A stretch of 64,000 nt of DNA from Candidatus Adlerbacteria bacterium (GCA_029288895.1 JARIGK010000002.1:29545-93544); one strand, 5' to 3'; shown: positions 45,409-56,372, counted from the stretch's first letter. Made by a program: numbers and translations. Notes: a model not told the origin generated them from the letters alone.

Positions 45409-46501
45409 GTAAAAATTCTATCACGTCACCATTTTTGACGATATAATCCTTTCCTTCTGTGCGAACTAAGCCCTTTGCGCGTGCTTCTGCGTACGAGCCC
45501 GCCTCCAAAAGCGCATCCCAGGCAATAACTTCAGCGCGGATGAATTTATTGAAGAAATCGGTATGAATTGCGGCACCAGCCTCGGGCGCCGAGGAGCCTA
45601 CCGGCACCGTCCAAGCGCGGGTTTCGTCGGCACCTGTCGTGAAGAAGCTCATAAGCCCGAGCAACTGATAGCCTGCGCGAATAAGGCCGTTTACGCCATC
45701 ATCAAACACACCATACTCCTGGCGGAAGGATGCTTTGTCGTCTGCATGCAAATCGCGCAATTCGCTTTCGACGTTTGCGTCCACAAACACATACGAGCTT
45801 GCAGTTTTTTGGATAAATTCTTTAAGCAATGCAAAGCGGCCGTCGTTTAATTCGTCCAAGTTGTGACCTCCCGCCTCTTTGTTCAATACATAGAGCACCG
45901 GCTTCATCGTAAGAAGATGTAGCCCTTTGAGCGCATTGCGTTCTTCGTCGGTATAGTCAGCCTCGATAGCAAGGCGGCTGTCGCGCAAACACGCAAGCGC
46001 TTTTTCAACTGCGGAATGTTCTGCAATCGCCTCCTTTTTGCCCTGCTTTACATCGCGCGAAAGCGAATCGACGCGTTTGTTGGCAGTTTCTAAATCGGCC
46101 AAGATAAGCTCCAGGTTAATGGTTTCGATATCGCGGAGCGGATTGACCTCGCCGTCGACGTGCAAAATATTTGGATTGTCGAAGAGGCGCACCACGTGTG
46201 CAATCGCATCCACTTCGCGAATGTGTGAAAGAAATTTGTTGCCGAGCCCCTCGCCTTCTGACGCACCTTTTACCAAGCCCGCGATGTCGACGAATTCGAC
46301 AGCAGCTGGCACAACGTTTATAGAGTTGGAGAGTGCCGCGAGTTTATCCAAGCGCTCGTCGGGCACCGACACGACGCCGACTGAGGGGTCGATAGTCGCA
46401 AACGGATAATTTGCCGCCAACACGCTCTTTTTCGTGAGCGCGTTAAATAGCGTACTTTTGCCTACGTTTGGCAGGCCAACGATACCAATTGATAACCCCA
46501 T
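45401..46501 (-). CDS. ychF: Ribosome-binding ATPase YchF (Obg-family GTPase).
   Basis: G1 GLPNVGKST, a TGS domain and the typical YchF length of 366 aa. Confidence 0.9.
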   Translation of the reverse strand: MGLSIGIVGLPNVGKSTLFNALTKKSVLAANYPFATIDPSVGVVSVPDERLDKLAALSNSINVVPAAVEFVDIAGLVKGASEGEGLGNKFLSHIREVDAIAHVVRLFDNPNILHVDGEVNPLRDIETINLELILADLETANKRVDSLSRDVKQGKKEAIAEHSAVEKALACLRDSRLAIEADYTDEERNALKGLHLLTMKPVLYVLNKEAGGHNLDELNDGRFALLKEFIQKTASSYVFVDANVESELRDLHADDKASFRQEYGVFDDGVNGLIRAGYQLLGLMSFFTTGADETRAWTVPVGSSAPEAGAAIHTDFFNKFIRAEVIAWDALLEAGSYAEARAKGLVRTEGKDYIVKNGDVIEFLHG

Positions 46502-46580
46502 AGATTCAATCGTTATAGCAAATATTACTCAAAATAAAAACCCTCGGATTGCTCCAAGGGCTCTCGTCTTCGTTTCGATT

Positions 46581-46946
46581 TTACCAACGACGATGATGCC
46601 AGCTGTGCCAGCCACCGTATCCGCGGCCAATATTCAGCCGGACAGACGCAGCGACTGGTGCGCCGACAACGACGCCAGGGCCGCCCGAGTAGACGTATCC
46701 GTAGGTCGGATGCGGTCGGACGCAAACGGGCCCATTGTACGTGTCGTAGTAGTACGCGCAGTTGTATTGCGTGTAGTACGGGTAGGGGGAAACGTACGTG
46801 GTTGTTGTTGACGCTGGTGCTGGCACGTACGCAGGTGCTGGTGCCGGCGCTGCAGCGTAGTAGCCTGAGGCTGGGTATACTGTACAGCCACCAAGCAACG
46901 TTAGAGCCAAGACTCCAAGAACTGAGAGCTTCATCCTCTTCTCCAT
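46581..46946 (-). CDS. Tyr/Pro-rich putative lipoprotein (121 aa).
   Basis: Signal peptide with lipobox LLGGC, then low complexity rich in Y, P, A and G. A hairpin plus T-tract terminator lies downstream at about 46540-46575. Confidence 0.45.
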   Translation of the reverse strand: MEKRMKLSVLGVLALTLLGGCTVYPASGYYAAAPAPAPAYVPAPASTTTTYVSPYPYYTQYNCAYYYDTYNGPVCVRPHPTYGYVYSGGPGVVVGAPVAASVRLNIGRGYGGWHSWHHRRW

Positions 46947-47029
46947 CGATTAGAACAAAAGACGTCAGTTGTTCAGGAAGTGCTCCCCAACCGTATAGTG
47001 TGCACAATCTCTGCTGAACAGCGGATGAA

Positions 47030-47644
47030 TTACTCTGCAGTATGGCCTAACCGAGCCACTTTCCGGCGCCACTCGTTGAGCTTCCACTCCGGCGCGTGTT
47101 CGGACGGGCCCAACCGCGTAAGTTTTGTCTTGAACCCAGCAAACCATAAAATGCCGCGGCCGATTTCGTTCGTGTAGTCGCCAAAGAAGAGGTGGATCAG
47201 CATCGGGTGTGTGCCAGAGATAACAATGACGCGCGCCGTTCTCCCCTTCAGCAATTTGTGCCAACCCATTTTTTGCTGACCCTGCTCATTCTTAATCATA
47301 TGGAAGCAAAACCCTGGCAACCAGATGCGGTCGAAGAGGCCTTTTAAGAGCGCCGGCATCGTGCACCACCAATTTGGATAGATGATTACGAAGTGGTCGC
47401 TCCACTTAATTGCATCTTGGAGTTTGATCAAATCAGGTTCGAGCGGTTGGATCGATTTGTAACCTTTGTGGAGTATTGGGTCGAAGCTTATTTCGCCCAA
47501 GTTAAAACGTTTGACTTCGTGCCCTGCTTTTTTTGCAGCAGTTTCATAGAGCAATGCCAACTCGCCCGACAAGGTTTGCGATGTGTCAGGGTGCCCAAGC
47601 AAGAGTACGATCTTTTTCTTTTTTCTTTCAGAAAATAGCGACAT
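47030..47644 (-). CDS. Flavodoxin-like fold NAD(P)H-dependent oxidoreductase (Flavodoxin_2 / NAD(P)H dehydrogenase (quinone)-like).
   Basis: [20 protein letters not shown]...[24 protein letters not shown] is typical of the KefG/MdaB-type family. Confidence 0.7.
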   Translation of the reverse strand: MSLFSERKKKKIVLLLGHPDTSQTLSGELALLYETAAKKAGHEVKRFNLGEISFDPILHKGYKSIQPLEPDLIKLQDAIKWSDHFVIIYPNWWCTMPALLKGLFDRIWLPGFCFHMIKNEQGQQKMGWHKLLKGRTARVIVISGTHPMLIHLFFGDYTNEIGRGILWFAGFKTKLTRLGPSEHAPEWKLNEWRRKVARLGHTAE

Positions 47645-47647
47645 ACA

Positions 47648-48643
47648 TTATTGAGTGGCTCGGCGCTGCTGGACTTCTTCCATGGTGCGCGGCATCACAT
47701 GGAGGCCGGGCATCTTTTCTGGCTGCGCCGGAGGCGCTGTATACGTTGGCTTCGGTGCTGGTGGCGGTACTGGCGCTGCAGGCGGTGGTGGTGGAGGGAC
47801 CGGTGCAGCCGCAGGTTGAGGAGAAGAAGGTACTGGAGCTGGTGCCGGAGGTGGCGGTACCGGTATAGCAACAGGTGGTTTTGGAGGAGGTGTTGGAACA
47901 ATAGACGGTTTCGGCGGAGGTGGCGTAGGTACAGGCGCCACAACTTTTACCGGTGCAGGTGCCGGTTTTGGGACTACAGGAACTGGAGCTGGTGCTGGCG
48001 TCGGTTTAGGAGTAGATGGCGTGATAACCACTGTTGGAGGGACCGGCGCAGCTGATGCCGAAGCCCCGACGCTAACGGTCGGGGTCCCGACTTTTGACGT
48101 CGGGACAAAACTTTGCGCAGGCTTGCTCACCTTCTTCCCTCTTAAGGCGAAGATAAGAAGCGTCCAGCACAGGGTAAACCCGAGCATCCATACGGCGTAG
48201 AGTTCGCCCAGTTCGTACCATGCAGCATCTGGCGCCAATATATGCACCACAAACAATGCGTACCAGGTGCCTGCAGCAACGCCTTGCAGCAATTCATTTG
48301 CAAACGAAAAGCCTCTGTTGGTGAGGGAGAAAAACAGAACGATTAATATAAGCGCCCACTTAAAAAGAAATGGCGTCGAAAACGTAAACTCTACATTCCC
48401 TGCTAAGAAGCTTGTTGCGATAACGCCGAGGCCAGAGATAACAATAAAGAAAAGGCCCCAGTCCATCGTGCGGCGCACTGCGCGGGCAAACCCTTGTTCT
48501 TTTTCGTCGACGACGCCATCGCGCATCGATTGGATGTAGGCGGCCAACAACACAGTCTCGGCACCAACGCCAAGCATGACGCCAAGCTGTTGCATGCAAT
48601 ACAACAGCAAATTGAGCAGCGATAACCCAATCGCAAAGGACAT
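47648..48643 (-). CDS. Hypothetical polytopic membrane protein with a ~130-aa proline-rich (PxP/PPPP) C-terminal tail.
   Basis: 6 TM helices in the first 190 aa, then a low-complexity P/A/V/T tail (...PPPPPPAAPVPPPAPKP...). Confidence 0.5.
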   Translation of the reverse strand: MSFAIGLSLLNLLLYCMQQLGVMLGVGAETVLLAAYIQSMRDGVVDEKEQGFARAVRRTMDWGLFFIVISGLGVIATSFLAGNVEFTFSTPFLFKWALILIVLFFSLTNRGFSFANELLQGVAAGTWYALFVVHILAPDAAWYELGELYAVWMLGFTLCWTLLIFALRGKKVSKPAQSFVPTSKVGTPTVSVGASASAAPVPPTVVITPSTPKPTPAPAPVPVVPKPAPAPVKVVAPVPTPPPPKPSIVPTPPPKPPVAIPVPPPPAPAPVPSSPQPAAAPVPPPPPPAAPVPPPAPKPTYTAPPAQPEKMPGLHVMPRTMEEVQQRRATQ

Positions 48644-49086
48644 ATAAAAATTTTAGCATAAGAAAAAACGCCGCAGATCAAAATCAACGGCGCAATAGGT
48701 TTAGGCAACGCACGGATGCGTGTTAGTCGTCTCCGATCGCTTCAGCAACTTCTGTCGTAGTCCTATTTCGCAGGCGGCGGAACAAGGCCAGGACAACCAT
48801 CGCTGTTTTGTACCAGAACCAGAGCTCCGGATGATCGAACTTGTAGAGGGGTAGCATTTTCTGCCACCATTATTGCAGAAACGAAGAGTCAAACCTTCTT
48901 TTGTTTTGATGGTTTTGTGGTTATTAAGACCGATGATCTTTTCGCATTGCACACATTGAGCCACGCTACTCTCCCCTAAAAACCAAAAGGACACACTCTT
49001 TTTCTTTATAACACTGACGAGTCAGCATAGTAAAAGTTACGCACAGTTTCAGTGCATTTTGCTAAACCGTTCATCAAACAATGAAT

Positions 49087-49323
49087 TTACAAAAGTATAA
49101 TTGCGCCGTCGTGGCGAACTTCGAGCATGCCGCCTGAGATGGGGATTTGGAGAGGTTCCACATCAGCAAGCTGGCGCACAACAATCGTACCTGCGCGCAG
49201 CGTTGTAATGAGCGGCTCGTGGCCGCCTAATACCGTCATCTCCCCTGCGGCGCCTGGTACAGTCACAGACTTTGCTTCGCCGTCGAAAAGATTTTCGTTA
49301 ACTTTTGCAATAACTAAGTGCAT
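49087..49323 (-). CDS. atpC: ATP synthase F1 epsilon subunit, beta-sandwich domain only (78 aa).
   Basis: MHLVIAKVNENLFDGEAKSVTVPGAAGEMTVLGGHEPLITTL... is an epsilon N-terminal domain. There is no C-terminal helical hairpin. The ORF-track upstream extension overlaps atpD. Confidence 0.8.
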   Translation of the reverse strand: MHLVIAKVNENLFDGEAKSVTVPGAAGEMTVLGGHEPLITTLRAGTIVVRQLADVEPLQIPISGGMLEVRHDGAIILL

Positions 49324-49324
49324 T

Positions 49325-50719
<1,395 letters not shown>

Positions 50720-51631
50720 CTAATTGGCCATTGCCTCCATACCACCGATAATTTCTGACACTTCGCGCGTAATTGCTGCCTGGCGTGCTTTGTTGTACTC
50801 CAAGGTCAACTCTTCTTCTTTCTCGCCCGCTTTGTCCGACGCCGACTTCATCGACACCATGCGCGCCGAGTGCTCGGACGCCTGGCTTTCCAAGAGCGCG
50901 TGATAGACAAAGATTGCGGCCAGTTTGGGAAGAAGAGCTTCGAGCACCGCCTCGTCCGACGGCTCGACAGTGTAAGCATTGGGCACTTCAAGTTCGTTTG
51001 ATGGTTCGCTAAATGCGCCTTTGGATGGAGCGATACCATCAACAACTTTCGAAAGTTCGCCGAGCGAGAGCGGCAGCATCGTGTAGAGAGCCGGCTTCTG
51101 TTCCAACGTTGATATAAAGTTTTGGAATGCAATTTTGACCGTACCAACTTCGCCCATCGAGAAACGGTTCATCGCTTCGCGGACAATCTGCTCGACCATG
51201 TCGGCCGTGATTTTGTCGTTATTGTTGTGGAATGCTTCCACGCGGAAGCCGCGGGTCGAGAAAAAGTCATTTGCCTTCTTCCCTATTGCAATGACAGACA
51301 CTGCATCGCGCTTGAGGCCAAGCGAATTGATATCAGCCAACGTTGCACGCAACACAGAGCTATTCAATGCGCCTGCCAAACCCTTATCTGACGTGATCAC
51401 AACATAGAGCGCGTTTGTATTTGAGCCATTCGAAAAGTTTTGCGAAAGCTCTTTCATACCTGATACTCTCGCCAAGATAGAAACAGCGGCTTTTGCATAC
51501 GGTCGGCCGGCAAGTGCCGTCACCTGCGCTTTGCGCATCTTGGCAGCAGAAACAGCCTCCATCGCTTTGGTGACGGTCTGAGTTTTTTCGTACGAACGAA
51601 TTTGCGATTTTATCTGCTTAAGGCCTGCCAT
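50720..51631 (-). CDS. atpG: ATP synthase F1 gamma subunit.
   Basis: MAGLKQIKSQIRSYEKTQTVTKAMEAVSAAKMRKAQ is the typical gamma N-terminus. Confidence 0.9.
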   Translation of the reverse strand: MAGLKQIKSQIRSYEKTQTVTKAMEAVSAAKMRKAQVTALAGRPYAKAAVSILARVSGMKELSQNFSNGSNTNALYVVITSDKGLAGALNSSVLRATLADINSLGLKRDAVSVIAIGKKANDFFSTRGFRVEAFHNNNDKITADMVEQIVREAMNRFSMGEVGTVKIAFQNFISTLEQKPALYTMLPLSLGELSKVVDGIAPSKGAFSEPSNELEVPNAYTVEPSDEAVLEALLPKLAAIFVYHALLESQASEHSARMVSMKSASDKAGEKEEELTLEYNKARQAAITREVSEIIGGMEAMAN

Positions 51632-51638
51632 GTCTGTG

Positions 51639-53198
51639 TTATGCGACGAACAAGTCTTTGTGCGTATCCTGGAATTTCTCCAATGACTTTTTCAATTCTT
51701 CTTCGAACTCCGCGGTGATTTCGCGAGACTTCTCAATACCTGGAAGCAAATTCTTTGCATTTGCCTCAAGGAACGACACAAGCTTTTCTTCAAACTCACC
51801 AACACGCTCGACAGGCACCTTCGAAAGGTAGCCGTTTACTGCCGAATAGATAACCACTGCCTGCACCTGGAACGGAAGCGGCGATGCATTTTTCTGGCGA
51901 AGGACTGCCATCATGCGCTGGCCTGAGTCGATACGCTTCTTGGTGTCGGCATCCAAGTCCTGCGAGAACTGCATAAAGGCTTCAAGTTCGCGGAACTGCG
52001 CCAACTCGAGCTTGATGCGGCCCGACACTTTCTTCATTGCTTTGGTTTGTGCCGACGAACCCACGCGAGACACCGAGATACCTGCGTTGATTGCTGGACG
52101 CACACCTTTGTTAAAGAGTTCAGTTTCAAGGAAGATCTGGCCGTCGGTAATTGAGATAACGTTCGTTGGGATGTAGCCCGACACGTCGCCTTCTTGCGTT
52201 TCGATAATTGGGAGCGCGGTCAATGAACCACCACCCTTTTCTTTCGAAAGCTTTGCTGCGCGTTCAAGCAAGCGTGAGTGCAAGTAGAAAACGTCGCCTG
52301 GGTATGCTTCGCGGCCCGGCGGGCGGCGGAGCAAGAGCGAAAGTTCGCGGTATGCAACAGCGTGCTTGGAAAGGTCATCGTAGATGATGAGCGCATCCTG
52401 ACCTTTGTCCATGAAGTACTCGCCGATTGCCGCACCTGCAAACGGTGCCAAGTACTGGAGGGCTGCCGGCGCCGAAGCGCCTGCGTCAACAATAATGGTG
52501 TATTCAAGCGCGCCGCGTTCGCGGAGCATCTGCACCAAGCGTGCGGTTTTTGACTCCTTCTGGCCGACAGACACATAAATACAAATTGGACGAGTTTCTT
52601 TCGGTTCCGACTTTTGGTTCAAGATCGTATCCATCGCGACGGTCGTTTTACCGGTGTAGCGGTCGCCAATGATAAGCTCGCGCTGGCCACGGCCGATTGG
52701 GATCATTGAGTCGATAGCTTTGATGCCAGTGTGCAGAGGCTGATTCACGCTCTGGCGGTCCATAACGCCGTACGCTTCGCGTTCGATCGGGTTGCGCTGT
52801 GAGGTAACAATCGGGCCCTGGCCGTCCAACACTTCGCCAAGCGGCGAAACAACACGGCCAAGCAATGCTTCACCGACAGGAATAGAGAGCACTTCGCCGG
52901 TCGATTCTACCTTCATGCCTTCTGAAACTGCTGCAGTGTCGCCCAAAATAACGACACGAACTGATTCTTCTTCGAGGTTAAGCACGAGGCCGAAAACTTC
53001 GGGCGTTCCAATCGCATCTTCAAGCTTTTTATTGCCAGCAGTTTCGAAACGCACCATTTCGGACATCACGGCACCTGGCAACCCTTCCACTTCTGCAACG
53101 CCGTCGCCCACGCGCGTCACAACACCCGCTTTCTTGGTGCGAGGTGCAGGAGAAAAGTTCTCTATTTCTTTTTTAAATTGTTCGATGAAGTTGTTCAT
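51639..53198 (-). CDS. atpA: ATP synthase F1 alpha subunit.
   Basis: Walker A GDRYTGKT; 519 aa. Confidence 0.95.
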   Translation of the reverse strand: MNNFIEQFKKEIENFSPAPRTKKAGVVTRVGDGVAEVEGLPGAVMSEMVRFETAGNKKLEDAIGTPEVFGLVLNLEEESVRVVILGDTAAVSEGMKVESTGEVLSIPVGEALLGRVVSPLGEVLDGQGPIVTSQRNPIEREAYGVMDRQSVNQPLHTGIKAIDSMIPIGRGQRELIIGDRYTGKTTVAMDTILNQKSEPKETRPICIYVSVGQKESKTARLVQMLRERGALEYTIIVDAGASAPAALQYLAPFAGAAIGEYFMDKGQDALIIYDDLSKHAVAYRELSLLLRRPPGREAYPGDVFYLHSRLLERAAKLSKEKGGGSLTALPIIETQEGDVSGYIPTNVISITDGQIFLETELFNKGVRPAINAGISVSRVGSSAQTKAMKKVSGRIKLELAQFRELEAFMQFSQDLDADTKKRIDSGQRMMAVLRQKNASPLPFQVQAVVIYSAVNGYLSKVPVERVGEFEEKLVSFLEANAKNLLPGIEKSREITAEFEEELKKSLEKFQDTHKDLFVA

Positions 53199-53452
53199 GC
53201 CGTTTTCGTTAGTTTCCTATAGAGCTCAAGTAGTGTTCTCGTGCGCTCCTGTTCTGGTGATTCCTGCTGGTACTTTTCGCTTCTCTCTTTTGCCATTTGG
53301 AGTTTTTGGAACTCACTAAATATTTTAGGCAAAAGTTTTTGATGGCCTCTGCTTTTTAGTACGCCATCCAAATTATGCAGATACGTCGCAGCTTTCTTGG
53401 GGCTTTCTTCTATGAGCGCGAATAGTGCGCGTGCGTAGTAAGAAGCATTCAT
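53195..53452 (-). CDS. atpH: ATP synthase delta (OSCP) subunit, N-terminal domain only (85 aa).
   Basis: [15 protein letters not shown] resembles the delta N-terminal helix. The operon position between atpF and atpA fits. The length is about half of a normal delta. Confidence 0.55.
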   Translation of the reverse strand: MNASYYARALFALIEESPKKAATYLHNLDGVLKSRGHQKLLPKIFSEFQKLQMAKERSEKYQQESPEQERTRTLLELYRKLTKTA

Positions 53453-53454
53453 GG

Positions 53455-53898
53455 CTACTTCTGTTTAGCGAGCTTTTCCATGCCAAGCACAATAAGCTTC
53501 GCGACCTCTTGCTTACTTTCTGCAATAGCCCGCGCCTTCATTTCCGACGCTTGCGCTTCTGCAGCTTTCAAGATGTTTGCTGCCGAAGTTTCGCCTTGAG
53601 CGACAAGCTCGCGCTCTTTTGCAGAACCAGCGGCACGCGCGTCAGCGACAAGTTTGTCTGCTTCTTTGCCTGCATCGGAAAGGAGCCCTGCGCGTGCGTT
53701 CTGCACATCACGGAGTTCTTGCGCAGCATTCTCTGCATCTTCGACACCCTGTGCAATTTTTTGGCGGCGTGCTTCAAGCGTCCGCGTCAGCGGGCCATAG
53801 AGGAAATACCACAATGCCGCGAGCAAAAGCCCGAAGTTAATGCAGTTTACGACCAGCAAATGCCAGTCGAGGCCGAAAGCAGAAAATAGTTCGCTCAT
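53455..53898 (-). CDS. atpF: ATP synthase Fo subunit b.
   Basis: An N-terminal TM and a long Ala/Glu/Lys-rich helix. Confidence 0.8.
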   Translation of the reverse strand: MSELFSAFGLDWHLLVVNCINFGLLLAALWYFLYGPLTRTLEARRQKIAQGVEDAENAAQELRDVQNARAGLLSDAGKEADKLVADARAAGSAKERELVAQGETSAANILKAAEAQASEMKARAIAESKQEVAKLIVLGMEKLAKQK

Positions 53899-53916
53899 GC
53901 GAGTGCGAGAATCGGC

Positions 53917-54147
53917 TTAGCCGACGAATTTGATAATGAAGGAAACGACGAGCGCCAAGATGCCGAGCGCTTCGGTGAAGACGATAGCCAAGATCATGTT
54001 CGAAACGACCTTGTCCGATGCTTCTGGGTTGCGACCAATAGCGTCCATCGCGCGGCCACCAATGAGGCCAATGCCGATACCCGGGCCCAAAACGCCGAGG
54101 CCTGCTGCAATTGCCATAGCGATCAAACGTGCTGCATCAATATCCAT
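53917..54147 (-). CDS. atpE: ATP synthase Fo subunit c.
   Basis: 76 aa hairpin with the GxGxGxG-like motif and a conserved carboxylate (E in FTEALG). Confidence 0.85.
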   Translation of the reverse strand: MDIDAARLIAMAIAAGLGVLGPGIGIGLIGGRAMDAIGRNPEASDKVVSNMILAIVFTEALGILALVVSFIIKFVG

Positions 54148-54251
54148 ATATCTAACGGTAGAATTACCTAACTACTTATATAATCGCCCAAAGGAAGATA
54201 GCACTACTCTAACATAAAGCTACCCCTCTTCCTACCCCTCCTTGAGCCTCC

Positions 54252-55034
54252 TTAGTGGGCGGCGTGGGGCTCGGTCATCGCGAGCTTGAGGAAGAACAAG
54301 GTGAGCATGGCAAACACGGCTGCCTGGACGATACCGACGAAGGTTTCAAAGCCCATAAGCGGCACCGGCAATACGTACGGCATAAAGTAGGAAATCACGG
54401 CCAACAACACCTCACCGGCGAAGATGTTGCCAAAGAGACGGAAGGAAAACGAGATAAAGCGCGACATTTCAGACACAAATTCGATAAGGCCCACAGTCAT
54501 ATTGAGAAAGCGCTCACCTATCGTGTGGCCGCGGAAGGTAAAGAATTTGCCGAGGTAGGTCCAGAAGCCAAGCGCTACAACGCCGGCCACTTCGATAGAA
54601 ATAACGCAGATGATTGCTAATGCGAGCGTAACGTTCAAGTCGGTGTTAACAGGATGGAAGAGCGGCACAAACTTTCCCGCCTCAGTAAAGCCGACGCTGC
54701 CAAAGAACGGTAAGAAGTCGAAGAGATTTGATGTTGCGATAAACAAAAAGATGGTTGCGATGAATGGGAAAAACTGGAGGGCGCGCTTTCGGCTTCCAAA
54801 AATGTCGGACATGTAGCCGATAACGAACTCGAAGATCATCTCAAAGAAGTTCTGTACTTTGCCAGGTACGAGCGTCGGTTTTTTGCCGACAATCACTGCC
54901 ACAACAATAAGTACGATCATGACGAACCAGGCCGTCAAAAGGGTGTTGGTGATGGGCAAACCAAAAACATTGCCCAGCCGCTCTGCCGAGAGCGATATGT
55001 CCAGACCTGATTTCTCCATTGCGTTAGTAGGCAT
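54252..55034 (-). CDS. atpB: ATP synthase Fo subunit a.
   Basis: 260 aa with 5-6 TM helices and the conserved Arg region (SFSFRLFGNIFAGEVLL). Confidence 0.85.
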   Translation of the reverse strand: MPTNAMEKSGLDISLSAERLGNVFGLPITNTLLTAWFVMIVLIVVAVIVGKKPTLVPGKVQNFFEMIFEFVIGYMSDIFGSRKRALQFFPFIATIFLFIATSNLFDFLPFFGSVGFTEAGKFVPLFHPVNTDLNVTLALAIICVISIEVAGVVALGFWTYLGKFFTFRGHTIGERFLNMTVGLIEFVSEMSRFISFSFRLFGNIFAGEVLLAVISYFMPYVLPVPLMGFETFVGIVQAAVFAMLTLFFLKLAMTEPHAAH

Positions 55035-55072
55035 GATAGCATAGAGGTGTACTCGGGAAAAGATTTCTATTT

Positions 55073-55558
55073 ATGGCGCGCATTACTATTTCGCTCGTCC
55101 TCATAGCAGCCATCGCTGGCATGGTTGCCAATAATGCCAGTGCCGCAGTGCCGGGCCAGATGCTCTACCCCTTCAAAACCAATGTAAACGAAAGTTTGGG
55201 CCGCCTTTTTTCTGTAACTGATGCATCAAAAGCCCGTTTTGCGGCCGACCTAGCGCACCAGCGTCTGCTCGAGCTCCAGACACTGACAGAAAACGGCTCT
55301 CTCACGCCAGATACAAAAAAAGAGCTTATGGATTCGTTTGATACCGAGGTTAAAGACATGACCGACGCGGTTAATTTTATGCAAACCGAATATGCCTATG
55401 GCAGTGCGCTCGATATCGTCACACAATTCCAAAAAACGCTCAGTGACCACATCGCAATCCTTACTGCGCTCCACTCGGACACTCTTCCCCACCTGCAGCA
55501 AACCCTCGACGCAACATCGCAAATGATGAGCGTCCTTTCGCAGCAGATTGTGAAATAA
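55073..55558 (+). CDS. Hypothetical secreted helical protein (161 aa).
   Basis: Signal peptide (MARITISLVLIAAIAGMVANNASA), followed by an alpha-helical Q/L/T-rich sequence. Confidence 0.45.
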   Translation: MARITISLVLIAAIAGMVANNASAAVPGQMLYPFKTNVNESLGRLFSVTDASKARFAADLAHQRLLELQTLTENGSLTPDTKKELMDSFDTEVKDMTDAVNFMQTEYAYGSALDIVTQFQKTLSDHIAILTALHSDTLPHLQQTLDATSQMMSVLSQQIVK

Positions 55559-55569
55559 AACTTGTTTTG

Positions 55570-55640
55570 TGGACCCGGCGAGAATCGAACTCGCGCCTCT
55601 GCAATGCGAATGCAGCGTTGTACCACTTAACTACGGGCCC
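55570..55640 (-). tRNA. tRNA-Ala (anticodon CGC).
   Basis: Manual fold: acceptor GGGCCCG/CGGGUCC with G3:U70 (the Ala identity element), anticodon loop UUCGCAU and T-arm GGUUCGAUUCC. CCA is not encoded. Confidence 0.8.
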
Positions 55641-55670
55641 ATCGCTCAATATATAGAGCGGGAAACTGGT

Positions 55671-55739
55671 CGGGATGCCGAGAATCGAACTCGGGTCTTA
55701 CGCACCCGAAGCGTACATAATGCCACTATACGACATCCC
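55671..55739 (-). tRNA. tRNA-Pro (anticodon CGG).
   Basis: Manual fold: 5' GGGATGT..., anticodon stem-loop UACGC-UUCGGGU-GCGUA and T-arm GAGUUCGAUUCUC. Confidence 0.7.
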
Positions 55740-55788
55740 GTACTCCTCAAACCGCTCCGCGCATATCGGGTTTGCATCGCGAAGCGTG

Positions 55789-55862
55789 TGCACCTTGTAG
55801 GGCTCGAACCTACGACCTCACCCGTGTGAAGGGTGCGCTCTAGCCAACTGAGCTAAAGGTGC
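55789..55862 (-). tRNA. tRNA-Val (anticodon CAC).
   Basis: Manual fold: D-arm AGCUCAGUUGGCUAGAGC, anticodon loop UUCACAC and T-arm GGUUCGAGCCC. Confidence 0.8.
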
Positions 55863-55909
55863 AATAAAAGGCATCCTACCATATAGTTGTGTCAGAAGGG
55901 AGATGTTCC

Positions 55910-56032
55910 ATGCAACCAGTTCCCGACCGCAGTCCCTCGACACGAGTTTCACTTTTCTTTGCCGCAATTGTAATTGTGGCTCTGGTGTTGGTTATCCGCT
56001 TCTGTGCAGTGACAGGTAGTCATGGTGGGTAA
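55910..56032 (+). CDS. Tiny ORF (about 40 aa) encoding a single-TM peptide.
   Basis: GGGAG SD 6 nt upstream. It encodes MQPVPDRSPSTRVSLFFAAIVIVALVLVIRFCAVTGSHGG and is below the ORF-track cutoff. Confidence 0.3.
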   Translation: MQPVPDRSPSTRVSLFFAAIVIVALVLVIRFCAVTGSHGG

Positions 56033-56161
56033 AATCCTCATCCTCTGCCTGCTTCTGACAGGCTGTGCAGATTCCAACTGCTTTGTTGCAGTCGCTGGAT
56101 ACAAAATCGCTGCAGTACATGATCTGAACTGTAGAAAAGGCTACACACCACCTCGCTGAGG
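56021..56161 (+). CDS. Tiny ORF (about 46 aa) with a lipoprotein-like signal (LLLTGC lipobox).
   Basis: Its ATG overlaps the stop of the previous tiny ORF (ATGGTGGGTAA). It encodes MVGKILILCLLLTGCADSNCFVAVAGYKIAAVHDLNCRKGYTPPR. Confidence 0.3.
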
Positions 56162-56178
56162 CTAGCAAGGAGATTAGC

Positions 56179-56334
56179 ATGGCGCAGAAAGAGAAACTCG
56201 ACCTCACGAAAATGCTTAACGAAAAGCTCGATGAGGTCGCAGAAGAAAAAGGTATCTCAAAAGAAGAGATCTTGAAAAAGATCAAAAAGGGTACCGGCTC
56301 AAGCAAAGGCCAGAAAGTAATCCTCTTGAACTAA
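56179..56334 (+). CDS. Tiny ORF (51 aa), a hydrophilic Lys/Glu-rich helical peptide.
   Basis: AAGGAG SD 6 nt upstream. It encodes MAQKEKLDLTKMLNEKLDEVAEEKGISKEEILKKIKKGTGSSKGQKVILLN and is followed by a terminator. Confidence 0.4.
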   Translation: MAQKEKLDLTKMLNEKLDEVAEEKGISKEEILKKIKKGTGSSKGQKVILLN

Positions 56335-56335
56335 G

Positions 56336-56372
56336 CACCTCCGCCACCTCGGCGGAGTTTTCTTTTACTGCG
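56336..56372 (+). terminator. Rho-independent terminator CTCCGCC-ACCTC-GGCGGAG plus TTTTCTTTT.
   Basis: 7-bp GC stem and a U-tract immediately after the third tiny ORF. Confidence 0.55.

Noticed and set aside
47651-48055. Arg/Trp-rich 134-aa plus-strand ORF (RRRWRRYRRH...).
   Set aside because: It is the mirror image of the proline-rich tail coding region (CCN codons read antisense as NGG, giving R/W).
53195-53452. Possibility that the short atpH is a frameshifted full-length delta.
   Set aside because: Start and stop overlap atpF and atpA in the ATGA/TGA style typical of intact operons, and there is no extra coding space. It is kept as a genuine short delta, flagged as a finding rather than a pseudogene.
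55992-56306. 104-aa minus-strand ORF overlapping the tiny-ORF cassette.
   Set aside because: The translation is low-complexity and S/F-rich, with no SD. The three plus-strand mini-ORFs have SDs, start-stop coupling and a terminator.
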